A program made the position numbers and the translations under genes. A stretch of DNA of 63,971 nucleotides, the filler included, from Catajapyx aquilonaris (Eukaryota): the NCBI GenBank assembly GCA_000934665.2. It is 4 parts of 4 records of this genome, joined end to end, with 100 filler letters (N's around TTAATTAATTAA, not from the genome) between each part and the next. Parts side by side here need not be neighbours in the genome. Positions count along the whole stretch, not along the records: positions 32,214 to 48,040 come from JYFJ02007388.1; positions 48,141 to 63,971 come from JYFJ02007389.1; 2 more parts are not named here. One strand, 5' to 3'. How positions within the stretch are numbered: position 1 is the stretch's first letter; every line of letters starts with the position of its first letter. The notes below the pieces were generated by a model, which was given only the letters and a program-made list of their open reading frames with translations, had not been told where the DNA came from and ran no database searches. Below are positions 38,801 to 51,943 of the stretch, in pieces.

Positions 38801-40590
38801 TGGTGGGTTACCAGCGTACATCAGTTGTACTATCGGGTTCAAATACTTTTGGCCACTTTATCCTGGTCTTGAAGCAACCCTTCGCACAGACCCCACGTTG
38901 TATGTAAAAGGTATGTATAAAAATGATATAATATATCCCCCCCCCCCCTCATATTGAGTGTGGCTAAACAATACTTTTCCATACACTTCCCTGCGCTGTG
39001 ATTTGTGAAAGTAATGAGTGTATGCCCATACAAAATGCGAATTTCTGCGCATCCAAATTATGGAGTGCAACTTTGGACTCTGCGATTCCCTAATGACGCT
39101 AGAGGCCAACTTTGATTCCCTCCCACCAAACAACTCATCCAAGTGGATGGTTAGAGGTTGTAGTACACTTCAGCCTCGCTTTTCCCTATACCCCCCCCCC
39201 CCCTCCCCAGAAGTTCAAGACCTCCACTCCCACCCCCACTTCCCGCGCCCCAAACTGAACGAATTCGCGCACTTGAAACTCGTGACAATTTCAAGTAATT
39301 CTGCAAGAACTTTAGCCGCCCCCCAACGGAAAAGCTAATCCAGCAATCAGGAGTGCGCCGGAGCCGGACAAAAGTGTTTCCACAACTTCCGGGTGGGAAA
39401 CACCACGCAGCCAATAGGCGTCTGGCTCTTTAGGCACGGAAATTGCTTCCCTTGTTTCATTGGAGACCCCGCCAGCTAAAACTTTTGCCAAGGCTTATCT
39501 ATTCCACTCCCCCCCCACACAAAAAAAACAAGCGAGTAGAATTTCCTGGGGTAGATTTAGGCACAAATAAAGATAATTCTTTTTTTGCAAGCATGTGGCA
39601 ATCGTCATTTCGGATTGGCCAAATCCGTGCATAAGGTCATAAATTACAGGGTAAAATGCACTTATCGGGATATTGATAAGTGCAAACCCTCCCCCGCAAC
39701 CCTCATAGTTCGTCATCTATTAGGAAGCAAACAGGAGGACATGGGGACTCGAAAAGTTTTCACGTGGAATTGTTTTAATGCCCGGAACGAAAACGTTTGC
39801 TTTTATCATAGGGAATAATGGCTCTCCGGAGAGGGAATTTATTCCGAACAACATATGGAAAATGGTCCCTCTCTCTTTGCCGAACCATACTTTATCTAGG
39901 ATTCCCCACGGCTATCCCAGAGCCAATATCTCTCAGGCAAAAAGAGAGAGAGGGGGGGGGGGGGTTTGTGGGGGGTGGATGGGGCCTTCTGATGTCCCTC
40001 TCTTTGAAAAGCCAGGGGGTTTTCACAAGCGATTGAGGAGTTCAAAAGAAATCTCTCTCTGCGATGCTCAATTTGGACTTTTCAATCGTCGGTTGGAACT
40101 CGGGCATCGATAAATTACGGGACGTGAACTGCCCGCAAAAGCAATGCTTGGCGAGTCCCGCTGCGAAACATGACAGGATCACTCACAGACGTCGAGAAAA
40201 CACAGGGTTTTTAGTACTGCATGTTTTGCCATTTTGCCTACGTCTCTTGCTATATATAGTCACCTGAATTCATACATGTTATTTTGGAATAAAGCTCTTC
40301 TCCCATGAGCCCATATAATTATGCTACTGCACTGACGCAACTAAATAGGACAACACAACATTTGAAATACCGAAATTTACGTCAAATGATTTGCCTAGAG
40401 CAACATCCAAATGTCATTAGATCCATAAAGGATTCCTGTGTACTAACTAATGGTGCAGCACCGTTACGCCTAAAATAAACACAACAAAATATTTTTTCCA
40501 CACTCAGTTTCCTAAGGGCGTACACAGCATTATAGCCTGTTTTTAATTGGCATCCTGTACATTTATGAAATGACTACATGGGTTAGTAAA

Positions 40591-41047
40591 TGAGGGATCT
40601 GAGATCAAAAACGGCCAAGTCTACTTGTGGGGGGCAGCAATTGGGTATTAATTGAAACCTTGAGTTGCAAAAGGTCCCAAGTCCAACCACCTCAACTTTT
40701 CAGGAGACAAAAAACCGAAATTGATAAGTAATGATCGAAATGGGGGGAAAAATTTTCGTGAGTTTTTCCCCCATGTTAGAATGAACATTTCGGACTCGCT
40801 TTCATTCAAAATATGCGCCTTGCCCCNNNCCCCCCCCCCCCCCCCCATATATGTAACTCGAAATCGTCAAAATGTGGACTTGGGACATTTGGAAACTCAA
40901 GGTTTCAATTGCACATTTATGTATGTAGCTGAACATATGGACGTAAAAAAGCTTCAAGAAAGTTAAGTAATCATCAATTTTTGCTCATATTACGACCAGT
41001 TTTTCCAAGCGGACTTGGCCATTTTTTTAAATATTTCAAACCCCTCA
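40591..41047. mobile_element. Old MITE with GAGGG termini (Sola-like) and a second internal inverted repeat
   Basis: TGAGGGATCTGAGAT..AAAACGGCCAAGTCTACTTG versus CAAGCGGACTTGGCCATTTT..ATTTCAAACCCCTCA. Inner arms AATTGAAACCTTGAGTT / AACTCAAGGTTTCAATT. Confidence 0.6.
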
Positions 41048-44000
41048 AGTACTAAGTATATTGGTGGATGTTTGTGCAACATTTTTAAACGACCATTAAG
41101 AGCTAACTGTAGTTTAATTGACAAATCACTAAACCCCGCGTGTTTTTAAACGTGTCTTGCGCTTGTAAGCGAGTAAACGGCCTGTAAATCATCCCCCGTG
41201 CACTCTCCGGCGTCCTCTTCAATAACCGGAGGTCCTTCCCATATCAATCCGGGTTTAATTCACAAAGCTTCCGAAAGCTGCCCTCAATTTAGGCTTCCCC
41301 TTTGACCCGGTCCCATCAGGACCGCAACTCAAATGCCCATCACGGGCCATTATAAATTAGTGCCGGTTGCCACTCCTCTGGGGAGAGGCGGAGCGGGTAG
41401 GTGGGTTGGAGGGATGGGGGATTTTGAGGGGAGGGGGGTTTGCTGGTTCGGATCCAGAAAGTTTAAGAGAAGAATGCAAGGCAACAGGCGGCGTGGTTAA
41501 CGAGCACTCCCGGCGTTCAAGCAGCCACGAAATTAAGAAGAGATTTTGGCCTCAGCGACCTCTTTTCACAATAAAGACGCCCCCAGAAAGGTATGGAGAG
41601 AGAGAGAAGCTGATTGGAAAAGAGGTGCGCATGAAGCAGAGAGAAAAGGGTTGGGTGGTGGTGGTGGGGGTGGGGGGATATAAAAGGCAGCCACCCCCCA
41701 TCACTTTGATCAACTTTTCTCATCAATTTGAAGGGCAGAGTCAAGAATTTCCTATTGCCAGACTAAATCCCCCTAATGGTAAAATGTACGCCTCGTTGCC
41801 CTTTGCCGCTCGCAACGACTCAAAGTGATCCATTACTTAGCCACTGTTTTTTTTTCTCCCCCCTACAAAATAATCTGTATGTAAACAGACAGGCATAAAA
41901 ACAAGCTGGGTGTGTATAAAGTGAAAGCCAAATGAAACAGGATACCTCGGATTGTACTGTGACTCACTGCACTCCAGGGGGGAAACAGAGAGAGCGGGGA
42001 GAGCAAAGAGTTGCGCTGAAAATTGTAGCGACGATATCCTGGGGCCACAAATATCGAAAGAGTTCCAAGTCCCACGAGCGAAAACGAATGAGAAATCGAT
42101 CTGGACAAAAAAAATCGTCTCGGATGTACCTGAAACAGTGTCCGGAAGAAGTCTATGGAAGTTCAGTAAAAGTCTGCACCCCAAAGGATGTTACATCATT
42201 ACTGGATAATCTGGCATGTAAAATATCCAAGCCTGCTAGCTCATAAGATTAACTATCATTCTAAAAAAAATTGCCAGTGCGCAGGTTCTACCTCAGATGT
42301 TACAAAACTTGGAAAGGTTTTCCTGGTCCCCTATACTGTCCACTTACTCTCATAGATGGCGCATCATTCCTCTCTGCACACTGCTGCCACCCTCATATGG
42401 GGGAATGTGGTACTATCACCTCGGACAAACAAATGGAGAGAAAGAATGAGACGGTGTAATATTTAGACAAAAAAAATGCAATTGCTTTGAAGCTAACTTA
42501 GCCACATTGTTCCTACAGTGATTCCTTCGATTTTCCAGTTACAAATACCGCGCGTTTGACTGTCTTGTCGCATAATAATCAAGCGCAGAGTAAGGAAAAG
42601 GACAAGTTCAGCAAGAAAACACAGCATGGTAATTACCATTCAGTAGGCGTCCCATTTTCTAAACCTGTACCCAATCCGTACCCGCTCGGTACCCACAATT
42701 CCAACTTACTTTCGGAGCCCTTTCACGTTCCTCCTCCCTGACCCGGGACAAAAGAAATTTCCGAGGCTAATTCGACGTTCTTCTCTCTTCTTTTTTCCCC
42801 CTTCTTCTTCTTCTTCTTCTTGCCCTTATCTTTCAAGATGGCTACAGACGTCGTCACAGGCATTTTAACAGAGAGGCCCATAACGACTTTTGCCACAACA
42901 AATTGGATAGGCTACTCCGCTCTTTGTTCTCAGGTGAAGTAGAACCCGGTCTTATCGAATAAGTTTTTTTTCTGTCTCTCTCTCTCTGCTTAAGCTGCCT
43001 TCTTTTTGAAACTTTGGGACTATTTCTCGGAACAAGGTAAATACCGCCTCTCAAAAAGTCGGCCTTGTTGTAATGACTTTCTCTTTCATGTTGGATCGCG
43101 TTATTTTGCTCTGTCGACTAAGACCGCAGTTTCCTTATCCTCCAAACATTTATGCTCAGAAGTATAGAGATGGGGGGATTTTTGAAGGAAAAAAAAACTT
43201 GAGTAAAAAATATAGGGTAAAACCCGTCTCGTCTGAAGAGTAAGGCGTCCCTTACTGCAAACAGAATTAAGTCCTAACTCGTTGGATTCGAGTTGAGATC
43301 AAACACTGCTTGATGATAAAGTAATTAAAATGAAAGTCTCGGAAAGTTCGTTACAGTATTCGGGAAAGCGCGCTCTCCAGTATGTAAGAGAGCATAAGAA
43401 AAGGGATTGGTAATCCATTCCGACTCGCATTTCGAGTGAACGAGGGATTCTCAGAATTTTAAAACCGACCGCAAGTTTGACAACAAAGTGAAGCTCCTTG
43501 CAAATGTCTGAAACTCAGAAGTGCTGTGTCCTCTCCAGCAGGTAATTACTCCTGAGCAAGCACCGTTATGTACACATACACATTCGGGATAAAATGTCTT
43601 ATCATGTTAAAACTCAGGTAAAATTACATTTCCAGTACAACGGAGCAAGTTTTTATCCTTAATTTCAGCATAGGATTCATCTAACTTTCTTGCGCAAGTG
43701 TTACCGCCAATTGTAGGGCTGTGTAACTGTAACAATGGCATCCATGCCACTCATTTGCAGGACATTGCATATGCTGCTTTTGCACCATAAAAGTCAAATC
43801 AATCCATCAACATACATGCATAGAGGTCCATATTTTTAAAAGGCATGGGAATTTTTACAATTTGAAATTTATTTATTGGGAATAACAATGTGCTATTTGA
43901 ACCCTGCAGTAATATTAGTCATGTCCAATAATTACGAGAGGGAAAAGCGATGCAGATTATCACAGGATATAACCCTGTATACATCACTGCACAGTAATCG

Positions 44001-47000
44001 AGTCGTTATTAGCGCTGTTCTTAATTTGATATTTCATCTTAAATTAGTACTTGGCACAATGTGAGTAGTAAGGCCTACATTACTGTACAGTTACAGACGA
44101 ACTGAAAAATAAAATTTCCAGGGAAGAAATTTTCCAGTACGCTCGAATGCTTTAGCAGCTTTCTCGCCTGTTATTATCAGTTCAACCGTAAAGGAAAATC
44201 GTAATCCGATTTCTACTCGGCTAGCCCTCGATTGTGCATTAAAAATTTTTTATGTAAAAACTGGGACCAATTCCGGCCCCATGTGTCGTAATTGGCCGTG
44301 TCTGCTACTTGACGCAGAAGAAGGTTGAATAAAAAAAAGAAAGTTCCGATCCTGATTAAAATTGAGCCACGATTCTTCCAGATTGCTTTTCATTTCCACT
44401 ATGAGTTAGCCATTTTCAGTTCCGCTCTTTTTGAGGACGGGAATTTCTAATTATTACATCCCCAAAATCCCTGTCAGTGTTCAGATGTCGTTGCCTTCTT
44501 CGCGCGTTTGGAGCGCGATTGCTGCTCCCAGGAGCGTGAAGCATGAAATAAAATTTTATTTTGTTCATGTCGCGCCAACTCGCGATAATTTTGAAGCCCC
44601 TTCCTTTTCCCTTCGACACTCTTGCGCCTCCTTGCGTCCCATAGACGCACCGCTGACTCAGAAATGGACGGAATTTAAGACAAGTTGCATTCAACCATCT
44701 TTAACTGCAAGAATCCTCAAGGGAAAAAAGATCTACTTCCAAGATTTCACCGGAAGTCGCGTAATAAGTAATGAAAGTATCATATACTTGAATGAAAACA
44801 AATTAAAATCTGGGGTATTTGACTAGAGTACTGTACATGCAGTACTTGCTTATTTGGAAGGTAATGCGATGGACATGTTGGATATTGGTTATTTACAGTA
44901 CACAGCGTGCGGTATAGTGGAAAGCTCTCACTTCGTTGGTTATTGTGAGAGGAAAATAAAAAGCACTCTGGGTTTGTTCATTGAACTGACAAATTCTGTT
45001 AATGCGCAATTTTCTGGAGGCCCAGAACGACTTTGTCGCCTTATTTTTTTTTTCTCCCTCCGCTAATCTCATCAATGTTGTTTCCACCCTCGTAATCATC
45101 TTTGTAGACGGAACTATCAGTGCGCAAAGAGAAATGGGAAATGGGAGTGAACGAAGAGGAAATCTGATTGGCTTTTGTCATCTCGTAATGCCATGTTCTT
45201 CAGGATTTTCGGGTGGGTAGGGGGGGGGGGGTGGATGGAGGAAGACTTCTTTTCTGGGGATCCAAATGGAAGTTGGGGAAGACGCAGTAATTGTTTCTTC
45301 ACTCCTGGATGTCTCAAAGGAATCTGGACAATCGCTACGGAAAAGTGGACTTTCCAGCTGAAAAGACTCTGCGGAACAAACCATGTAGAAAGCTATAGAG
45401 CTAAGCACAGTCTATTTGGACCTATCCTGTACCGGGATGTTTATTAGAACTTTGCTATATTTGCACGTAGTGTACGAGCTGCATTATCCTCGGCCAGAAT
45501 GTACAAAAAAAAGAGCAGAGATGAGGCCATGCACATGTCACCTCTCTTCATGCAGAGACCATTTTCCGTGCGGGCTACACCCGAATTGGATTACCCGTTT
45601 TGGCAAAGCGGCAAACACAATGAGCCGTCGCACATTACAACGTCAAAACCCCCTCTCTTCATCCTACCCCCCCTTTTAAAAAAAAGAGAGAGGTAAAGCT
45701 GTGGGAACACTTGAGTTCTGGTGTATCGTGCGAGATATCACATTATGAGGGTGGCCCTAAACGAGTTGACCGCACGCGGTTATGCGATTAGACACTTGCA
45801 TTCAATTTTACAACTCATTGTGCGGTCATCAAGACACACGAGCATGTTGCATGGAGAGGGCCAGGCCCCGCCAAACGAGGTGTCATAAAGCTGCTCCGGT
45901 TAAGAGGCCCCAGATTTATGGGGACTTGATTCTCGTGTCGGGACATGGGCTCTGGGCCTGTCCCCATGTCTCAGCGCTTATCCCCAGCATTTGTGTCGGT
46001 GGACTGAGCGCCTCAACCCATGCCTTGTTGTACATACTCACAGGGTGGTTCAACACGAAATAAACGCTCAAAATAATGAGAAACACACAGATATATCGAA
46101 TGTGTGGGCTACATATTCAATGGCCTTGAAATGTGCGCCCCAATTCTGACATATACACGAGATAAAAAAATTTGATTTGTTGTGACACGCTATCGAAGAG
46201 AGACAGTGAAAGTTAATTGTTGCTCATTGCATTTTATAGAAGAAAAGTACGCATCAGTAATCATTATTATAAATCACCAACAAGTATGTTTGCAAGCTGG
46301 AAAGTTCATGCTTGTTGATTATAAAAATCTTATACAGAAGCAGTACATTTCTGGTTGCTGGGGATGAACTATCCATTTTATTTTCATCTACCTCTCTCTT
46401 GAACTGGGAGCTTGGACCACCCTGTTAAATGTCAGGAAAGAAAAGTTGGTGCACATGTGTGCCGCTTGCTGAGGCCTGCTTTTTCCCCCCAACTAAATCT
46501 CTTTGCAAAGTACTCGGGACTTTTGAGGGTAAGCTTCGTAATACCGTTCGTGTCGGTAATAAAGCTGCACACAATTTGAACTTAAACCTTTCCACTTTGC
46601 AGTTTTTCTCTTTTTATTATCTGCTTGGGGGCAGAGACAGGGGCATTGTCATCTCTGGAAATCGTACAAGGCACGAATTTATGAAAATGAGAAACAAGAT
46701 TAATGCTTGTCTCCACTAATGGAATCGAGTACATGAGGGGAAGATATGAGTGGGAGGGCAAGGGGGGGTTTATAATACAGCCATGCAGCGTGGCCTTGTA
46801 CATTGTAATTGTGGCCCAAAATTCGCCCCGAGGCCGCCCCCCCCCCCATATGCCCCCTCATCCTCTAGCTCAGGGAGAAAAAAAAATCGGGTCGCGAATT
46901 AGCTGCAAGTGAATGAGGCAGATTTCCATGCCTGATGAATAGGTTGATGTCGCTATTAATTGCGCCCATAAAAAATGCATGGCATTTTACGCAAGTTGCT

Positions 47001-48040
47001 TTCGACAGCTAATCTCCTGAATCTGCAGTTAATAGTAATTGGATATGAATATACTGATATTTTATGTATCTTTCCCTGGAGCTTGTTATGAAACCAGTTT
47101 AACGCTCGGGTGCAATACGGTGGCGCTTGGATATATTTTTTTTTTTTTTGCAAAACTTTGCCGCTACGTGTCACTGACATCGGTTTTTGCTCAGGGTTGC
47201 CAGCTGTATACATATTCAGCTAATCAGAGATTATATATTTGTCATAATTGTAGTTTACTGTAAGTAAATAAATTTTTGAGAACCAACTAAACACTATGGA
47301 AATGTCTCAAAACAACTCGTTGCAACATAAAACTCTCTTATATTTTGTCTGCAATAGTACACTTTCGAATCGTCTCGGAAATGCTAGGATTAAATTATGC
47401 CGCACTTGACTGATGAAACCAGCAGCGTCGTATAGTGAGAAAATGTCCCACGTTAGCAGAATAGGTCCAATAAGGGCTCCACACCTCATGTGACGCAAAA
47501 GCCCCCTGCAGCCTCTGCCTATATGGCCAGGTTTTATGGTGTTCCCTTAAGTGCTGACTGTAGCTTCCAGTTAGGAGCGTAAAGTGAATGCATTGTTGTC
47601 CCCTCACTGGAGGTTTAAACTTTATTAACACTCAACCCAATTTTAGACGGACGGTATATACGTGCATGTGTCCTTGAATCCTCTCCGTGAGTCGGATTGC
47701 TAGTTGTCCAGACCCGGTGTGTTTCATCAAAATCATTTGGAGAAGAAATTTGTGCAATTTCGGCAACAATGCCAATCACAATCTTACTGGAAGCTGGCAA
47801 AAATTTGTCGATTTAGTACAAAATTCGCAATATGCAATTTTTTCCTAAATTTTTCACACACAACCGGCCCTGAGTAGCCTTACCTCCTCTAAAAGGCCAG
47901 TTCTTTTATACCTCAATTTTTCTTTAAAAAAAAAGATAATTATGCTGTAACCGCGCTTCACAATGATGTGCAAGCATACTGATCAAGCTGAAGTCATATC
48001 TCATCCAATTTTGTCCCCCCCCCCTCCCCACGGAGAACCA

Positions 48041-48140
48041 NNNNNNNNNNNNNNNNNNNNNNNNNNNNNNNNNNNNNNNNNNNNTTAATTAATTAANNNN
48101 NNNNNNNNNNNNNNNNNNNNNNNNNNNNNNNNNNNNNNNN
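48041..48140. other. Artificial contig linker / assembly gap
   Basis: 44 N + TTAATTAATTAA + 44 N. Confidence 0.98.
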
Positions 48141-48456
48141 TTAGGCATTGTTCAAAGAATGATTGCATACACTGAAAATACACTGAAAAGTATTATATAA
48201 AAATTGATAAAAATTAAAATATGGATGGGGTCCTAAAAAAGACAGTCACGGTTGCCGTAACTTTCAGGCATGTCATGGTTCCAGGGTTAATATCAGTTTA
48301 GTGAATAATTGTATGTGAGTAACCGTGATTTTCTCACATCTCCTGAACCTGACAGGAAGCAGGCTTCCGGTCGTATTAGCTACAATGACCAATAAAAACT
48401 ACTCTGAAAACGACAGAATTCATCCTGGCAGGGGTCCTTTCAAATACAATAACCTT

Positions 48457-49304
48457 TCAGTTCTGACTGAAAGGAAGATTCATAACTAAACTCACTATTT
48501 CCTAATATTCCAAGCATATTACAAACAGCGTGTTAGTGCATACAGAAACATCCTATGAGCCCCTAACCGTGCTGGGGCGGTGGGGTTGGGGTGAACAAGC
48601 AGGTCCTGCAGATGGAGAAGAATGTGCTTCACTCCAAGAACGGGCCTCCAGTTGTTCTCCATCACCGATGTGCACACGGTTCCTGACGGGTACACGTTGG
48701 GATGGAACACGGGGGGATCGAAAGTGCACTTGGGAGGAGTATATGGATAACTCTCCTCGAAGGTTAAGCGGAGTTTGTACAACCCACGTTCCCAAATCGA
48801 CTGCAAGGTGGAAAGAAAAATAATAACTGTGAATGATATATTTTTCTTACACATAAAAATCCACTTGGTGAAACTCAAATATTTCTCAACAGAGTGTGTG
48901 GGATATTATGTTCGATTTTTAAAAGCTCAGCTTGTCAATCAAATTCAGTGTCCCTGTAAGGGTAACGGCTACCTCAGTTATATTGAACTTGATCCATCCC
49001 TCTGAACTAAAAGAGTTTCAACAATCCATCAAGTGATGGCGATTGTGTCCATGGCTTTCCAGATATAACACTTACATGCTTCTTCCCAGGGATAGCGCAC
49101 TCCCAGTTCATCAAGTTCCAAGTACCGTCGGGGTTCTTGGTTGGACGGGCCACGAAACCCTGTGAAGTATTAATTACTATTAATGCTAGTTGCTAAGAGG
49201 TTAACTAAAATGGCACAGAAACAAAAACACCTTACAAAAGGATGCTCCCTCCTCCACACAATCCTCTCTTGCGCTAGACATGCGAGAGGTATTATAGATG
49301 ACAT
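48457..49304 (-). CDS. UBC9: Divergent SUMO-conjugating enzyme UBC9 paralog, 139 aa, C-terminally truncated (possibly a pseudogene)
   Basis: Exons 49304-49236, 49159-49076, 48800-48544 and 48466-48457, all GT-AG. Sequence [61 protein letters not shown]...[12 protein letters not shown]...MFL|QN* matches the UBC9 family, including intron positions. The last exon stops at TGA after QN. Confidence 0.85.
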
Positions 49305-51085
49305 CTTGTGGAAAGCCTACAAAATAATTTATGCAAGGTGAACCAACAAGAAGGGATACAGTTAAGTTCTTTCAATAGTTGTGCATTACATAGCTATACA
49401 GGAGACAGAAAACAGTTTGGTTACTGTCAGTTAAAGTAAATGCTGCATTTCTCACATCTTGATGGTTGTCTCCAACTGCGTTGCAATTAAACCAATTTTG
49501 GTTGCCCTCCACAGCTGTCCAATTTCAGGACAGGGGCACATTTTTCCATAATAAACGTCTGTTTTTGTCCACATAATATGGTCACTGGTGAGGACACTGG
49601 ACTTTAAATTTAAAAGTGCAGGCTAGAAATTATTAGGTTCTGATTCTACAAACAATATTCCCATTATATACTGTACTTGCTTGCATGTCTGTGCTCTCCC
49701 CAGTTTGTAATCTGGCTGCCAACATGCACTTTTAGTTGTCAAAATAATAAGTGGTCCCCCCTGACCAATGTTAATGTCATCATCATCATCATCTTTGCAC
49801 CTAATCACTCCTTCCATTCATGTGGAACCAAATCAACCCTACTGAACTGTCAAGGGTCTCTTATTTGACAATACATTTCTTATTACTCACATATATTAAT
49901 CAAACTCCCACATGAATTGTATATCTCTAACTCTCTGCCTAGAAACTAATAATAATAATAATGGTCTGAGCATGGAGCATGTAACTTGGTACTGTTGAAG
50001 CCATGTTCCCACTGATCAAGCCCCACTCTTTCCTTTCATCATATTATCCACTAACTGTTTGTCAGACTGAGCAATGAGCATGTTGACTACACTATTTATA
50101 TGAAATACTGGTCCGGTACAGCTTTGTTCAGGCCAAAATAGGCTAATGCTCATGTGTTCGAAGCTATCCCTCCCTCGAGCACATGGAATCTTCATATACT
50201 CTCAGACATAGACCCTCAGCATACATGTATGCCCAATGAATATGCATAATTATTCACAAAATACAGTAATGTTTCATTAATTCAAATTAGTTTTCTTTGT
50301 AAGTTCCAATGTGGAGAATGAGTATTCAGCTTGTACAAAATGAATAACTTACTGTCAAAAAAATGAAATAAATGATATTTGGCTGCACAAAACAAGAGCT
50401 TTGAAAAAAGAGTACAATGTTTGAGCATGCAGCAAAAGTGACATCTGTCATGGAACACCCATGTGGATTCCAGTTATATTACCTTTCACACATTCCTATT
50501 TCTCTTGTTATTGTCATTTATTTTATCTCATGTTCTTTCTTGTTATTCACCTGCATGTTCATCAAGAGTCTTCTGGGCTCTGGAGCATTATAGTTCAACC
50601 AAGCCATGGATTACTATAGTTGTCCCCCTTTTACATTGCCAACCATTACTGAATGCATCACAGTCATGATCTGGCAGTACACAGTCAAAGCCAAGGAATA
50701 TGCATGTGGGAAAATAGTAAATGCCACAAAAGCTTGAGAAACCTTGAATATGGAAAGCAATGCTGTGATTATGTCCCATACATACATGGAAATCATACCT
50801 TTGTCTTAATGTGCATAATTGCATTGCTGGAGTACTTTTCACTGCCACCTATGGCTGTTGACTCTGCAATTGCTGCGTGCAGAAAAGGTACCTGACATCA
50901 TGAGCAGCCTTAATTTGTCAATTACATTGTAGGTATTGAAGTATTGTTGAAAGTCATTGTTGCCATTGTGGCATCAATAATACCCTCCTTTGTTTGCAAC
51001 AACTTTAGTGTCAGCTTTTTAAAACAAAATTTTGAGTATGCACCCACAGTGGTATGTGAGATTATAACAGCAAGACCATGTGATG

Positions 51086-51157
51086 CATTAGTATTTTTCA
51101 CTCTGTTGCAGTGTATACAGTACTGTATACACTGCAACAGAGTGAAAAATACTAATG
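51086..51157. repeat. Perfect 72-bp spacer-less palindrome
   Basis: CATTAGTATTTTTCACTCTGTTGCAGTGTATACAGT|ACTGTATACACTGCAACAGAGTGAAAAATACTAATG; 36 of 36 base pairs match. Confidence 0.97.
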
Positions 51158-51528
51158 ACCATCAGCTCAAGATCTCGTGTAAACCTGTCTGTTGCAGGGG
51201 GCACTAACTTATCAATTTATGCTGAAGGTGTTAAAGCGAGGCAGTTTTTTTTTTAAACAGGGGCACCATTATGTTTAACATACAGCGCATGTAAATCATG
51301 CATTTACATGCTCTTCTTTTTCATAAACTGTGGTAAGACCTCCCGGAACATTTTACCCAACAGCCGGAACAGCACTTCGTAATATACACGACAGGCTGCC
51401 GGATTTACTTTCCCGTTTAGTCTCGAAAGCTTTGAAAATGGAACAATCCTATTTTTTGAGCAGAAATGAATTCGGAAATTGCCGACCCCTTTTTCAACAC
51501 CGTACCCTATAAATTCTCACCCTCGTAC

Positions 51529-51840
51529 CTTATCCAACAAGTACGATCTCAGGTCGGCAATAATCTGCCTCCGATTCGGAGCAGGTGATACGATTCTGAA
51601 TGCCGGGAACGGCGTACGGAGACCTTCCTTTCTAAGACCCTCTCCTCCTCCGTATGAAGGTAAGATGAAAAAAAAGGCAAAGATGCCGGCTCAAAATCGA
51701 ACACAACCTGGTTGGTTGAACGCTCGGCCAATGAGGTAGAAGCTTTCAGCAGATAAGAATGAAACTCCGCTTCTCATTGGCCGAGAGTCATTACGTCACC
51801 GATTATTCCAGAAATATCGATACATCGATACATCGATATA
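51529..51840 (-). promoter_or_regulatory. Putative housekeeping-type promoter and non-coding first exon of the UBC9 paralog (proximal copy)
   Basis: DRE TATCGATA at 51815 plus two CATCGATA, TGACGTAA, two CCAAT boxes (51728, 51776), a degenerate YY1-like site (~51680), and donor AAG|GTACGA at 51529/51528. The ATG exon has an acceptor TTTTGTAG 12 nt before the ATG (exon start 49316), which implies an upstream non-coding exon. Confidence 0.6.
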
Positions 51841-51943
51841 TTTAGACTATCTGTAAATATATTGCACTTTTTTTTGCGGATCGTAATTACTAGAGGTGGT
51901 GCAGGGAGGGGAGAAGTGGAGGAGAGTGTTAAGTTATTAAATA

